DNA of 64,000 bases from Alistipes sp. (GTDB taxonomy: Bacteria > Bacteroidota > Bacteroidia > Bacteroidales > Rikenellaceae): assembly GCA_017546725.1 (NCBI GenBank), contig JAFYRX010000024.1:1390-65389 (forward strand). Reading direction: 5' to 3'. The notes under the pieces are model-generated. The model saw only the letters and a list, made by a program, of their open reading frames with translations, was not told the origin of the DNA and made no database searches. This document shows, piece by piece, positions 48,457-58,872 of the stretch (position 1 is the first letter of the stretch; every line of letters begins with the position of its first letter). The translations under genes and the position numbers were made by a program.

Positions 48457-49653
48457 TTACAAGTTAAAATACTGATTTACAATTGTTTTTTCAGAGAATA
48501 CAGAATCTGCAATTTTACCTTTTTCATCTATTCGATGATTGGTAAAATCATTATAGATTCTTACTAAAGAATTATATATATCATCTACACTTCTGACATC
48601 AGAAAAATAATTGACATATCCTTCTTTATATAGATCGTTTAATACTCCGAGCTTAGGACTGACTGCAAATATCGGCTTACGATATTGCATAAAATCTGTA
48701 ACTTTTGTTGGTAGAAAAATGCCTTCTTCACAATCAGCTTCAATGATGAGCGCAATATGATATCTAGCGAGAATCTCTAGACTCTCGGAATAGGTTACTG
48801 GCGCCAAAAAATGAACATCATCTTGAAGCTTTAGTATATTTATCAGTTCCACATCCTCTTTTTCCATAATTCCCAAAATATCGACGGATATCGAACTGTC
48901 TGGGAAATTTTCTTTAAACCTGCTGAAAGCTTGCAAAAAAGTCTTAGGGCTTCGTGGAGATTGCAAGGTTCCGGAATGAAGAATTCTTAGTTGCGATTTA
49001 TCTAAACGATTTGTTATGTCAGTTTCGAGTATTACATGAGGAACAACAACTGTGTTATCTCTTTTAACATCTAAATATCTTAACATATAATCCCTTATAC
49101 GCTCCGAAGGGAAAATATGAATATCAGCTTTCCGCATGACCTTAATGATCATTCTGTCAAATATATTTCCTTTCGCATCAACGCCTTGCCCGTATGGAAC
49201 TGGATATTTGATTCCGGGATAAGGATCATTCCAAGTAGCAACCCACTTTATTCGATATTTTTGTTGCAAATAATGACCTAGGACAAAACTTGGAGCATCT
49301 TTAGTCAAGATATAATCATAATTATTATTAGCAATCAACTCTTCAGCAATTGGTAATGCTTTAACTGCCCAATGAATTGCTTTGAAAGTAATTCCGAATA
49401 AAAAGTAAGCTTTAATATGCTCCCATATAAGTTTGGGAGTAACAGACAAATCATTATCTATTATGTGAATAGAATTAAGGGAAATATCTGTTTGTTCTAT
49501 TGGATAATGCAGATATTTGACTCTTTGTGAAATAAGATCAATTTCAAATTTATTACTCTTATCCAAAGCCGTTAACAACTTCTTATTGACTATTGCTTCT
49601 GCTCCATAAGTAGGTATTGAAGATGGTGCTAACATTAATATCTTTCTAGTCAT
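48457..49653 (-). CDS. GT4-like glycosyltransferase
   Basis: WNDPY, HSGTL...R, LPTKVTDFMQYRKPI. Confidence 0.78.
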   Translation of the reverse strand: MTRKILMLAPSSIPTYGAEAIVNKKLLTALDKSNKFEIDLISQRVKYLHYPIEQTDISLNSIHIIDNDLSVTPKLIWEHIKAYFLFGITFKAIHWAVKALPIAEELIANNNYDYILTKDAPSFVLGHYLQQKYRIKWVATWNDPYPGIKYPVPYGQGVDAKGNIFDRMIIKVMRKADIHIFPSERIRDYMLRYLDVKRDNTVVVPHVILETDITNRLDKSQLRILHSGTLQSPRSPKTFLQAFSRFKENFPDSSISVDILGIMEKEDVELINILKLQDDVHFLAPVTYSESLEILARYHIALIIEADCEEGIFLPTKVTDFMQYRKPIFAVSPKLGVLNDLYKEGYVNYFSDVRSVDDIYNSLVRIYNDFTNHRIDEKGKIADSVFSEKTIVNQYFNL

Positions 49654-49674
49654 AGCATTGTGGTGTATTTGTCT

Positions 49675-50844
49675 TTAATAGAAATAAGTTTCTCTGATAG
49701 GATTAGTTGTTTTATCTAGATATGACGAATATGGTACATATCTACAATCATATTTGCTATTATCAAAATCTAGTGGTGTTAAAAAACTATCTATACCTAA
49801 GTAAATATTATAAACAAAACACAGTTTCACATATAGCGCCAATATTTGTTTTTTATGCAAAATATAGTAGTTGATAGAGTATACAATCAATATAATTTGC
49901 CAATAATTTAGAAAGCGAGTAATTATGAATAATTTCAACCGTAATATCGCAATTAACCCATACATCAATAACAATTTGGCTATTAATGGATCTATTCTCT
50001 TATCTTTTGATACAACAAAAGAATATAAAATTTTAGTTAAAAAAGCAAAAGCTATACCGATTAGCGATGCATTCATCATACCATATTTGTCTGATTCAAT
50101 GTAATCTGTAGCAATACTCATTGTCTCACTATCTAAAACCCCTCCAAATAAAAGGATAAATTGGATGACCATATCTTCTGATAAAGTTAGATATAAAACA
50201 ATTGATAAGAGCAAACCAAAATACAATAGTCTATTGTACTTTATATAATATAAAATAAAAGTAAGTAGAAGAGGAATAAATGCGAAATGATGTATAAACA
50301 TCAATGGTATAGAATATAACAAAAATCGACGTATATTATTATTCTTGATATAGCAGTCATATAAAAGATTTAAATATATTGCGATACATAAAGACTCGCG
50401 CATAATTTCAAAGTTAAAGTTTGCCCAAGCGCAACATAAATAAGCTAAAAGAGCTAGAAAGGGTTTACTACATGTCTTATATATAAATCGGCCGACAAGC
50501 AAATTCACAGCAAAAGAATGAACTAGCTGCACTAAAATAAAATCATCAACAACTGTTTTACATATTGAATTCAACAAGAACCATAAGGGCTGACTTAAAT
50601 CGTCAAAATCTACCGAAGTCAAAATATTAGAGATAGTTGGAACTTCGATAAAATAATTCATATAGTTTGCAGTATCAGATCCAATATGATATCTCAATCC
50701 TGAAACTAATGAAATTAAACCACATAAAAAGTAAAAGAATCTAGATTTATTACCTATATTCTTCAAATTATAGTCGTATAATATACAAAAGAATAAGACT
50801 ACAATAAAAACAAAAATATATACAAGCATCCTAGATAAAATCAA
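49675..50844 (-). CDS. wzy: EpsG-family polysaccharide polymerase (Wzy)
   Basis: Polytopic and very AT-rich; GLRYHIGSDTANY, IMRESL, RF..Y, YVPY. Confidence 0.82.
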   Translation of the reverse strand: MILSRMLVYIFVFIVVLFFCILYDYNLKNIGNKSRFFYFLCGLISLVSGLRYHIGSDTANYMNYFIEVPTISNILTSVDFDDLSQPLWFLLNSICKTVVDDFILVQLVHSFAVNLLVGRFIYKTCSKPFLALLAYLCCAWANFNFEIMRESLCIAIYLNLLYDCYIKNNNIRRFLLYSIPLMFIHHFAFIPLLLTFILYYIKYNRLLYFGLLLSIVLYLTLSEDMVIQFILLFGGVLDSETMSIATDYIESDKYGMMNASLIGIAFAFLTKILYSFVVSKDKRIDPLIAKLLLMYGLIAILRLKLFIITRFLNYWQIILIVYSINYYILHKKQILALYVKLCFVYNIYLGIDSFLTPLDFDNSKYDCRYVPYSSYLDKTTNPIRETYFY

Positions 50845-50897
50845 TACAGCAATAACAAATTGAGAAATTGCGATACCAAATCAATGGTTTAAATATG

Positions 50898-51725
50898 CTA
50901 CTTCCAATATGCCTGAAAATGATGATGAGCAACTTGTTGTTCCAAAGGTGGTAATTTCATATAATTACCATATGATGCAGACAAAAACTCATCGTAATTT
51001 GAGATAGACTTGAATATATATTTTTCAAACTGGATATTTACTAAAGTGTCAAAGGATGACTTTGAGAAATCTCTTTGCCTATAATCAAAAACCACCATAT
51101 CAACTCTCTTAGCCTTATTAAAATTAGAACTTTTAGCCATCCTAATTATCTTTTTCTGAACTGACTTATAACCAATAATATGTCCAATTGTAGAAATCAT
51201 GTTTTTACCAAGTTTGAATATAACACCTTTTCTTTGCATGTTATCTAAATCAATCGAACTTGGATTAAAAGATCGTTTTAACTGTTCTAAAAAATTATAT
51301 CGAAATTGCAACCAGCGTTTACTTCCATCAGGAACTGCATCAATTGGGAATATATCTATTTTAACCCCTATATCAAATCCTCTATGACGATCATATTTTG
51401 TTTCAATAGAGCCTTCATATAACTTTGTCCTATTATCCCATACATTTGCATATGGAGCATAATAATCCAAATTTAACTCAGGAGCACAAATAGACAACTC
51501 CGGATATGCACCAGAGAAAGATTTAACAAACTTCTCATAATCAGGACGCAACATCATAATATCAATATCATCATCCCATGGGATATAACCTTTGTGGCGT
51601 ATTGCACCTAATAATGTTCCATATGCTAATGAATACTTAATTCCATTATTTATACAAAATATATGAACCTTATTCAAAATATCACATTGTATATCCTTTA
51701 ATTCATCTATATCAATATTTCTCAT
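50898..51725 (-). CDS. licD: LicD family phosphotransferase
   Basis: GTLLGAIRHKGYIPWDDDIDI, IDIFPID, YGNYMKLPP...HH. Confidence 0.93.
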   Translation of the reverse strand: MRNIDIDELKDIQCDILNKVHIFCINNGIKYSLAYGTLLGAIRHKGYIPWDDDIDIMMLRPDYEKFVKSFSGAYPELSICAPELNLDYYAPYANVWDNRTKLYEGSIETKYDRHRGFDIGVKIDIFPIDAVPDGSKRWLQFRYNFLEQLKRSFNPSSIDLDNMQRKGVIFKLGKNMISTIGHIIGYKSVQKKIIRMAKSSNFNKAKRVDMVVFDYRQRDFSKSSFDTLVNIQFEKYIFKSISNYDEFLSASYGNYMKLPPLEQQVAHHHFQAYWK

Positions 51726-52452
51726 ATCTAATTCTTTCTAATTTATAATCATATGAATGAGCCCCCTCCTTACGAAAATCATCCTGATATCTCTGAAGCA
51801 CAGTCTTAAACACTTCCTCATACTGTGGAATAAAAAGATCATTCTTTTTCTCCATTTCAGCTATAATTGCCTGTGCCATAGGAGCAGTAATAGATAAGTC
51901 AGTCTTACCATTCGTAAAACTAGTCCCCTTTAGTGAACCAGGGCTCACATTCAATATCTTATTGGTACTACCAGCCTTCAACAACTCTACATTCACACTT
52001 TCAATGAATACCTTTAATGCAGCCTTAGTAGCAGCATAGATACTGAAGAACGGTGAAGACATAAAGCCTGCAATACTCACCATTACTCCACAATAGAAGT
52101 CCTGCTGGGATTCAAGCTTATGATAGAATCTCTTGATAATGCGCATTACAGGAATGGTGTTCACATTAAAGCTCAGAGGAATCATGCTCTCATCCACTTC
52201 CTTGAACAGTGCCAAACGTCCGAAACCAGCTGTAACCATCAAGGTATCCACATCTAGAAACTTATCAAAGATGGAATAATCCTCTTGAGTCAGGTCAAAT
52301 TGATAAGCCTCAAACTTTTCATTGGCATACTCCTCAGTAAGGGAAACTTTATCCACTATATAGACCTTCTCCACATCAGTTCTTTTTGCCAACTCTGTAG
52401 CAATACTCAAACCGATGCCATTAGCTCCTCCAACAACTAACGCCTTTCTCAT
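51712..52452 (-). CDS. SDR family oxidoreductase
   Basis: GGANGIG, TAG, S..., YAATK, SPG. Confidence 0.88.
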   Translation of the reverse strand: MRKALVVGGANGIGLSIATELAKRTDVEKVYIVDKVSLTEEYANEKFEAYQFDLTQEDYSIFDKFLDVDTLMVTAGFGRLALFKEVDESMIPLSFNVNTIPVMRIIKRFYHKLESQQDFYCGVMVSIAGFMSSPFFSIYAATKAALKVFIESVNVELLKAGSTNKILNVSPGSLKGTSFTNGKTDLSITAPMAQAIIAEMEKKNDLFIPQYEEVFKTVLQRYQDDFRKEGAHSYDYKLERIRYEKY

Positions 52453-53798
52453 ATCTCCATAAAGTTTTTACGATTAGTAAACTGCTCCATCACCTCTGCC
52501 ATACATACCGACTCTCTTCTTCTAAGACGAGATGTAGAAAAGCGTTTATTCAAAATGCAAGAAATGAATTCCTGAATCTCATATCTCAACCCAGCACCAT
52601 CCCACTTGTAGAAGTATTTCTGATTTTTATTCTGATCTTCGTAACGTAGTTCAAAGTAATCTGTCTTCCACCAAGGAGCAGGAACGTAAGCATATCCTTT
52701 GGTTCCTGAAATCACAAGGTTACCTTCTGTCTTTACTCCCAACCCAACCTTAAACGAACATACTGCATGTGGATAACGCAACACACCCTTTGTATACATA
52801 TCCACCCCATCCTTAATGCGAGAATAAAGGTTCAGGTTCTCGTACTGGCACCCCATGAGCCGAATGATAGGAAGCAATGGATAACTACCCAATTCATAAA
52901 GCGAACCACCGGCTTGACCCGGATCGAACTCACGAAGCGACTTCTGATCATTCCATAGCTTAGAAAGAGAGGCCTCAATATCCACTACATCACCAATCAC
53001 ACCCGACTTAATCATCACCATCAAGTGATTAAAAGCAGGACAATGAGCCGTCTTGTTGGCTTCCATCAGAATGACACTATTCTCCTCAGCCAAAGCAAAT
53101 AGTTCTTTAGCCTCCTCTCCCTTTAAAACCATCGGAGTCTCACAAAGTACATGTTTACCTGCAAGGATTGATTCCTTAATATACTGGTAGTGCGACAAGT
53201 GAGGGGTTGCAATATATACGGCATCTACAGCTCCATATAATTCTTCTACTGACTTGCATGTTTTCGCATCCTCAATTGTCGAAGTGATTTTTTCGGCTTC
53301 TGCCTGGTTAACATCATAGGTTGCTACAATCTTCAGCCCATTTACCACATCGGCTTCAGCAGGAAAACGTTTGGCTACACGTCCACAACCGATAATACCT
53401 ACTCGTACATCAGTAGTTATCTCTGCACGAAGCATCGTAGAGCTTATTCCTTCTGTTCGTGGAAGATAAACTACTTTAGTAAACTCATTAAGATAATCAA
53501 ACTTACCTTCCCAATCAGAACCTATAGCAAAGATATCAATATTGTACTTTTGTATATCATCAATCTTCTGACCAACATAATCCTCAATTATTACCTCATC
53601 CGCATATCCTGTAGCCTTAACAGCTTCTACACGTTCAAGTACATTGTTTCGCACGTTTAGTTTACCTCTACTTCTGTCAAAAGAATCACTTGTGACCCCT
53701 ACGATAAGATAGTCACCAAGCTCTTTAGCCCTTCGAAGTAAGTTTATATGTCCTTGATGAAGAAGATCGTATGTACCATATGTTATTATTCGCGTCAT
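52449..53798 (-). CDS. Fusion of a TagD-like cytidylyltransferase and a Gfo/Idh/MocA oxidoreductase
   Basis: N-terminal ITYGTYDLLHQGH...GSDWEGKFD..LPRTEGISST; C-terminal GIIGCG, AVYIATP..H, KHVLCETP, GGSLYELG. Confidence 0.9.
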   Translation of the reverse strand: MTRIITYGTYDLLHQGHINLLRRAKELGDYLIVGVTSDSFDRSRGKLNVRNNVLERVEAVKATGYADEVIIEDYVGQKIDDIQKYNIDIFAIGSDWEGKFDYLNEFTKVVYLPRTEGISSTMLRAEITTDVRVGIIGCGRVAKRFPAEADVVNGLKIVATYDVNQAEAEKITSTIEDAKTCKSVEELYGAVDAVYIATPHLSHYQYIKESILAGKHVLCETPMVLKGEEAKELFALAEENSVILMEANKTAHCPAFNHLMVMIKSGVIGDVVDIEASLSKLWNDQKSLREFDPGQAGGSLYELGSYPLLPIIRLMGCQYENLNLYSRIKDGVDMYTKGVLRYPHAVCSFKVGLGVKTEGNLVISGTKGYAYVPAPWWKTDYFELRYEDQNKNQKYFYKWDGAGLRYEIQEFISCILNKRFSTSRLRRRESVCMAEVMEQFTNRKNFMEI

Positions 53799-53803
53799 AT
53801 GTA

Positions 53804-54997
53804 TTAACTCAAAAGTTTTCTTAAAATTCGTTTAATAACAAAGCCTACTCGATAAATAAAATTATATATGTTAATCACATCAAAATATAACTGTTGTCTC
53901 GAAGATGAAGTAACTAATTCAGCATGTTTTGAAAAATGGAAATTAAGTTTTTCATCTAATAGAGCGGGCTTTAAATTTTTAGCATACTGGCGCTTTATTA
54001 GGACAGCTTCAATTAAAGACGACACCGAAACCTCTGGCTCGCTTTCTTTTCTAAAAACAGTACTCGTAGTCGTGTGATTATGAATTCCTATTGCCTTTAA
54101 ATCCCTTCCATCTATTGCTATTGTCGGTATACCAACTTCCGAGGTAATTAAGACTGAATTCGACGAGGCTATTGAAATATCGGCAAGCTTAATCCAATCA
54201 TATGGAACGGGAAACACATAACCTAATAAGGATAAATGTACATTCTTTGTGCTTGAGAAATGATCTTGTATGTATTCTTCCATTACATGTGAATTATCAT
54301 TCCCTATGAATACCAAATTAAAGTGATGAGTTTGATATTTCTCAACGAATGTTTTAATTTCATCCAACATTGGCTTTATATAGTCTTTATCCAATCGTCC
54401 GATACTGAAAATATTATAATCAGCATCAATTATAGTAGGCGGCTTTTCTGTTGGAGTATTATCTAAAACATTAGAGCAATATGGAACTAACTGATAATTA
54501 TAGTTGTCATACAAAGACTTATAATGACTTTTAAAGATATTATGCAATGCCCTATTATGGCTATTCAATAATTCCTTGCGATTTAATTTAAAATCTAGAA
54601 ATTCTGCTTGAACAGAAGTCAAGCTAGGTATTGTCTCTTGTAAAATAAAAACTACATGCTTTCCCCCAATCTTTTGTGCTATTAATTCACCCCAATACGC
54701 CAATGACAATAAATTAGATTCGATCACGACCTCATCACAATTATTTATTTCATTACATATTCGTTTAATAATGCTATCTCTAGATTTTTTTGATAAACTC
54801 CATATACTATTTGCTAACTCAGGGATAAAATTATCAGCAAATCGTTTAAGATAATTTATGTATACAGGACCTTCTGTATAAAAGAAAACTGCACATTCCC
54901 ACCCTAACGACTCATAATACGATGCTTTGTTAGCTACATACATTTGGGCGCCACCCATATTACGAATCCCAGAAGTGAGTATTATATATTTTTTCAT
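53804..54997 (-). CDS. Putative glycosyltransferase (GT-B-like)
   Basis: MGGAQMY, SIGRLDK, GIPTI; adjacent to wzx. Confidence 0.6.
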   Translation of the reverse strand: MKKYIILTSGIRNMGGAQMYVANKASYYESLGWECAVFFYTEGPVYINYLKRFADNFIPELANSIWSLSKKSRDSIIKRICNEINNCDEVVIESNLLSLAYWGELIAQKIGGKHVVFILQETIPSLTSVQAEFLDFKLNRKELLNSHNRALHNIFKSHYKSLYDNYNYQLVPYCSNVLDNTPTEKPPTIIDADYNIFSIGRLDKDYIKPMLDEIKTFVEKYQTHHFNLVFIGNDNSHVMEEYIQDHFSSTKNVHLSLLGYVFPVPYDWIKLADISIASSNSVLITSEVGIPTIAIDGRDLKAIGIHNHTTTSTVFRKESEPEVSVSSLIEAVLIKRQYAKNLKPALLDEKLNFHFSKHAELVTSSSRQQLYFDVINIYNFIYRVGFVIKRILRKLLS

Positions 54998-54998
54998 G

Positions 54999-56522
54999 CT
55001 ATTTAACTCTTTTAAATCTTGACATAAGAAAGTCAATAATTGATTTTCTTATCGCTGTATTCATGTAAGCATATGCAGAAGCTATAACCACTACCACAGA
55101 TAACAAAGCGACACATACACTTCGCATTAATGTGGTCTGAGGGATTAAAATGTAGATGCTCGCACATACTACAACAATAGTAAGCAGATTCTTCAAACAT
55201 TGCCAAATACAATTGTATATATCTTTCAGATTATAATTGACGTCATGCCATAATATATAAGGCTTTACAACGAAACTAAAGATAACACATGAGAATAATG
55301 CAAGGTAGCGTGCCCACAATGGTCCTAATCCACAACTAAAAAGAACCCACAATAATGCAAATTGGATTAGACACAAGAAAACTGACACAATTGAATTCTT
55401 GGATATTTTATTAGCGGCTAACATCGGAGTATAAAAAGCAGCGCTAAAATTACCTAATATGTCTTGTACAATTATTAATTGAGCAAATACAACTGCATAT
55501 TCTGGGACATCAACTAACCATAAATCTAATAGCGATGGCATAACCATTATGCACGGAACACCAAGTAAAAGTAATAAATCAAATATATATTCTGCAGACG
55601 CAAAAGTTAACCTTTGGGATGCCTCATACTGTTCATCTGCATATAATTTAATAACCTGTGGATTAACAGCTTGTCTAACATTATTCACAAATTGCATTAA
55701 TGCATTAGAAATCTGATTTGATATGGCTTGAGCTGCAACGACTACTGGTGCAAAAAACAAATTAAAAAGCATAATAACACCCTGACTCATAAGGGTATTA
55801 CTAAGGGTAGCCATAATATTCCATCCAGAAAACTTTAAGATAGACTTAAATATGCCTTTATCAAAGTATAGTTTAAAAGTAACCTCTTGAAAATGTTTCT
55901 TACTATACCAAACGTAAAATAAAAACACTGTAAAGACTACAACACATTGTAAAGTCGCAAAGTAAATAAGCTTATCAAACGAGGTATGGATAATCAGAAC
56001 GACTACTGCTAATTTTGCAATTGCCTCATAGATTCCAAGATATGCATACACATTCATCTCCTCGTGTGCCATAATCTCAGAAGTAAATGGCACCTGCAAT
56101 ATACTTATGATTGTGCTAAGAATGGATATCTGATACACAATCATTGCAGCCTCCATTCTCCCTTGTGGCACCACCATTATGTTATGAGCATACCATAAAC
56201 CTATGGTTTCACCTAAAAGTAATATGATGCCTGCAAGAAGTAGATGCGAAATAAGTGTTGTACTAAAAGTTGTCTTAAGCCTTTCAGGATTTCCTTTTCC
56301 AAGTTCAAAAGTAATAAAACGTGAAGTACCAGAGCTTAATGTACCATTCAGAAAAGAAAGTAGTCCGATAACACCAAAAACGACATAGTATAACGCATAG
56401 TCTGTCGTCCCCAACTTATCAAGAATGACACGTGAGGAATATAGTTGCACGCCCATCACTAAGATTAGACGTGCATACAAAAATATCGTATTCTTAGCTA
56501 TTCGCTTAGAATCTATAGCCAT
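54999..56522 (-). CDS. wzx: Wzx flippase
   Basis: RIAKNTIFLY, LG..DY, AHEEM, FSGW, NPQ.IK.YA; polytopic. Confidence 0.9.
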   Translation of the reverse strand: MAIDSKRIAKNTIFLYARLILVMGVQLYSSRVILDKLGTTDYALYYVVFGVIGLLSFLNGTLSSGTSRFITFELGKGNPERLKTTFSTTLISHLLLAGIILLLGETIGLWYAHNIMVVPQGRMEAAMIVYQISILSTIISILQVPFTSEIMAHEEMNVYAYLGIYEAIAKLAVVVLIIHTSFDKLIYFATLQCVVVFTVFLFYVWYSKKHFQEVTFKLYFDKGIFKSILKFSGWNIMATLSNTLMSQGVIMLFNLFFAPVVVAAQAISNQISNALMQFVNNVRQAVNPQVIKLYADEQYEASQRLTFASAEYIFDLLLLLGVPCIMVMPSLLDLWLVDVPEYAVVFAQLIIVQDILGNFSAAFYTPMLAANKISKNSIVSVFLCLIQFALLWVLFSCGLGPLWARYLALFSCVIFSFVVKPYILWHDVNYNLKDIYNCIWQCLKNLLTIVVVCASIYILIPQTTLMRSVCVALLSVVVVIASAYAYMNTAIRKSIIDFLMSRFKRVK

Positions 56523-56528
56523 GAACTT

Positions 56529-57671
56529 TTATCTCTCAGAATAATATTTCTTAATCAACCCCACAATCATATCCACCTGCTCCAACTCAAGCTCATAGTA
56601 CATAGGCATACGAACCAAGCAATCTGCATACATATCGCACAACGGAAGTTCTGGAACAGAATCTGTATGATTTACGTAATAGTCACTCTTATGCAATGAG
56701 AGGTAATGGAAAGGAGCTGTAACACCATTCTCCTTCAAGAACTGAATCAAACCTGAACGCTCCTCCAAGTTGCGACATACGATGTAGAACATGTGTGCAT
56801 TGTTAGTAGCGTAACCTGGAATCTGAGGAAGACGAATCTTACCCTCTCCAGCCAATGTCTGAAGACCGGCAAAATACTGTTCCCAAAGTTTCTTACGCTT
56901 GCCCTGAATCTCATCAAGATTCTCCAACTGTGCCCACAAGAAAGCTGCATTGATTTCTGCAGGAAGGAAAGATGAGCCCATATCCACCCAACCATACTTG
57001 TTTACTGCTCCACGGAAGAACTCTGCACGATTGGTACCCTTCTCCCAAAGGATCTCAGATCTGCGGATGAAACGCTCATCGTTGATTACAAGAAGACCAC
57101 CTTCACCACCAGCTGTAATATTCTTTGTTTCATGGAAGGAGAATGCTCCGAGATGAGCTATACCACCAAGAGCTTTTCCTTTGTAGAAAGAATCAACAGC
57201 CTGGGCTGCATCTTCTACTACAATCAGATTATGCTGCTCTGCAACAGCCATGATTGCATCCATATCACATGCAACACCAGCATAGTGCACCGGAGCGATA
57301 ACTCGTGTCTTTGGTGTAATCAATGACTCCAGCTTCTCAGCATCCAAGTTTGGATTGCTATCCATAGAATCTGCAAACACCACCTTTGCACCCTCACGAA
57401 GGAAGGCAAGAGCTGTTGATACGAATGTATATGAAGGAACGATGACCTCATCTCCCGGCTTCAAGTCACAGAGCATTGCACACATTTCCAATGCATCTGT
57501 TCCTGATGTGGTTAGCAGACATTTCTTGAAGCCATAACGCTCCATAAAAAAATTCTGACACTTCTTTGTAAAAACGCCATTACCAGACAATTTCTTATTG
57601 TACACTGCCTGGTACATGTAATGAGCCTCTTTACCTGTGAGGCAAGGTTGATTAAAAGGTATCTGTATCAT
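56529..57671 (-). CDS. rffA: dTDP-4-amino-4,6-dideoxygalactose transaminase (WecE/RffA)
   Basis: IPFNQP, SGNG.FTKKC, VHYAGVACDM, FSFHETKN, EKGTNR..F.RG.V.KY.WVD.GSS. Confidence 0.92.
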   Translation of the reverse strand: MIQIPFNQPCLTGKEAHYMYQAVYNKKLSGNGVFTKKCQNFFMERYGFKKCLLTTSGTDALEMCAMLCDLKPGDEVIVPSYTFVSTALAFLREGAKVVFADSMDSNPNLDAEKLESLITPKTRVIAPVHYAGVACDMDAIMAVAEQHNLIVVEDAAQAVDSFYKGKALGGIAHLGAFSFHETKNITAGGEGGLLVINDERFIRRSEILWEKGTNRAEFFRGAVNKYGWVDMGSSFLPAEINAAFLWAQLENLDEIQGKRKKLWEQYFAGLQTLAGEGKIRLPQIPGYATNNAHMFYIVCRNLEERSGLIQFLKENGVTAPFHYLSLHKSDYYVNHTDSVPELPLCDMYADCLVRMPMYYELELEQVDMIVGLIKKYYSER

Positions 57672-57702
57672 ATCTGTATTGTGTCAAATAATTAAACTTC
57701 TA

Positions 57703-58872
57703 TTAGTTATTCTGAATATTATAATACTTATCTATTAAATTGTGAAGAGTATACTTATGAAATTCTCCATTACCTTGAATCAAATTAGGTTCACCGACAT
57801 CATTAGCCTCAACCATACACCAACCGTTTATGCTATAAGCCAAATCCCATGAAATCACTGTAACTCCATCAACTGCTTTAGCCATATCTTTTACCAATTG
57901 TTTGGCTTCTTCCCATTGTGGAATATCAAAACCAATAAATCTAACACCTGTATCTGGATGGAATACATATTTATTGCTCACATAATCCCTAGCATATGTA
58001 TCAATAAAGCCATATTCACAATTCACATGACAATATATTCCGCCAGAACCAGCATTATCTACAATAGAGGTTCCTGTTCCCATACGAACTGCAGCACCAT
58101 ATATCACTACATCATCTTTAATTCTAAAAGTCGCTAGTCTGAGTGTATTTATACTTTCTGGGTGTAGCATAGCCATACTATCTCCCTGTTTAATTAATTC
58201 TTCAATAACAAAAGGACCATGCATCAGAAAGTCATCAAAGAGTATCTTGTGATCAAAGCGTACATCTCGATATATTTTTATACCCTTTCCACAAACACCT
58301 TTAAGCGGTTTGTAAATGAATTCACTATGTATGGCCAAGAATTTTTCAAACAAATCATAGTCTTCAATAGAATTGACTGTTATTAAATCTCTTTTATAAA
58401 AAGGCTTGAACTTTTCATACGTCAATCCCTTATTTTCAAATAATTCTCGCAAACTAGGGGCATTAACAATCTCGCAAAAACCATATTGCAAACGAAGGTT
58501 ATTAATCTGCTCGCGCCCCACGGAGTTCAGTGAATAATATTTGTGAACAAAATACTCTGTAAAATTGATGCCGAAACGATGCAAAGAATAAATCATATCT
58601 ATCCTCAACCATCTCTTACTCAGCGATTTACCTCCACCTAATTGGATTTGAGTTAAATTAGGATACTGTTTTTCTATCTCTTTTTGTACGTATGGCAAGC
58701 CATTCTTGTAGTAGGTATTGTCAAAGAGTCTATAATATAGCACATATAGCCTTTTCCAAAACTCACTTTTATCAGCTCTATACCCTAACCAGTTTTCAAA
58801 CCAGTTATCCAACTTCCATCGGGTAATAGATTTGGCTACCACATAATATTTATCTTTCATAATCAATTCCAA
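57703..58872 (-). CDS. Sugar-transfer-associated ATP-grasp protein (ATPgrasp_ST-like)
   Basis: KPLKGVCGKGI, IEELIKQ, SINTLR, VDN..SGG, HPDTG, WDLA, VEAN. Confidence 0.85.
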   Translation of the reverse strand: MELIMKDKYYVVAKSITRWKLDNWFENWLGYRADKSEFWKRLYVLYYRLFDNTYYKNGLPYVQKEIEKQYPNLTQIQLGGGKSLSKRWLRIDMIYSLHRFGINFTEYFVHKYYSLNSVGREQINNLRLQYGFCEIVNAPSLRELFENKGLTYEKFKPFYKRDLITVNSIEDYDLFEKFLAIHSEFIYKPLKGVCGKGIKIYRDVRFDHKILFDDFLMHGPFVIEELIKQGDSMAMLHPESINTLRLATFRIKDDVVIYGAAVRMGTGTSIVDNAGSGGIYCHVNCEYGFIDTYARDYVSNKYVFHPDTGVRFIGFDIPQWEEAKQLVKDMAKAVDGVTVISWDLAYSINGWCMVEANDVGEPNLIQGNGEFHKYTLHNLIDKYYNIQNN

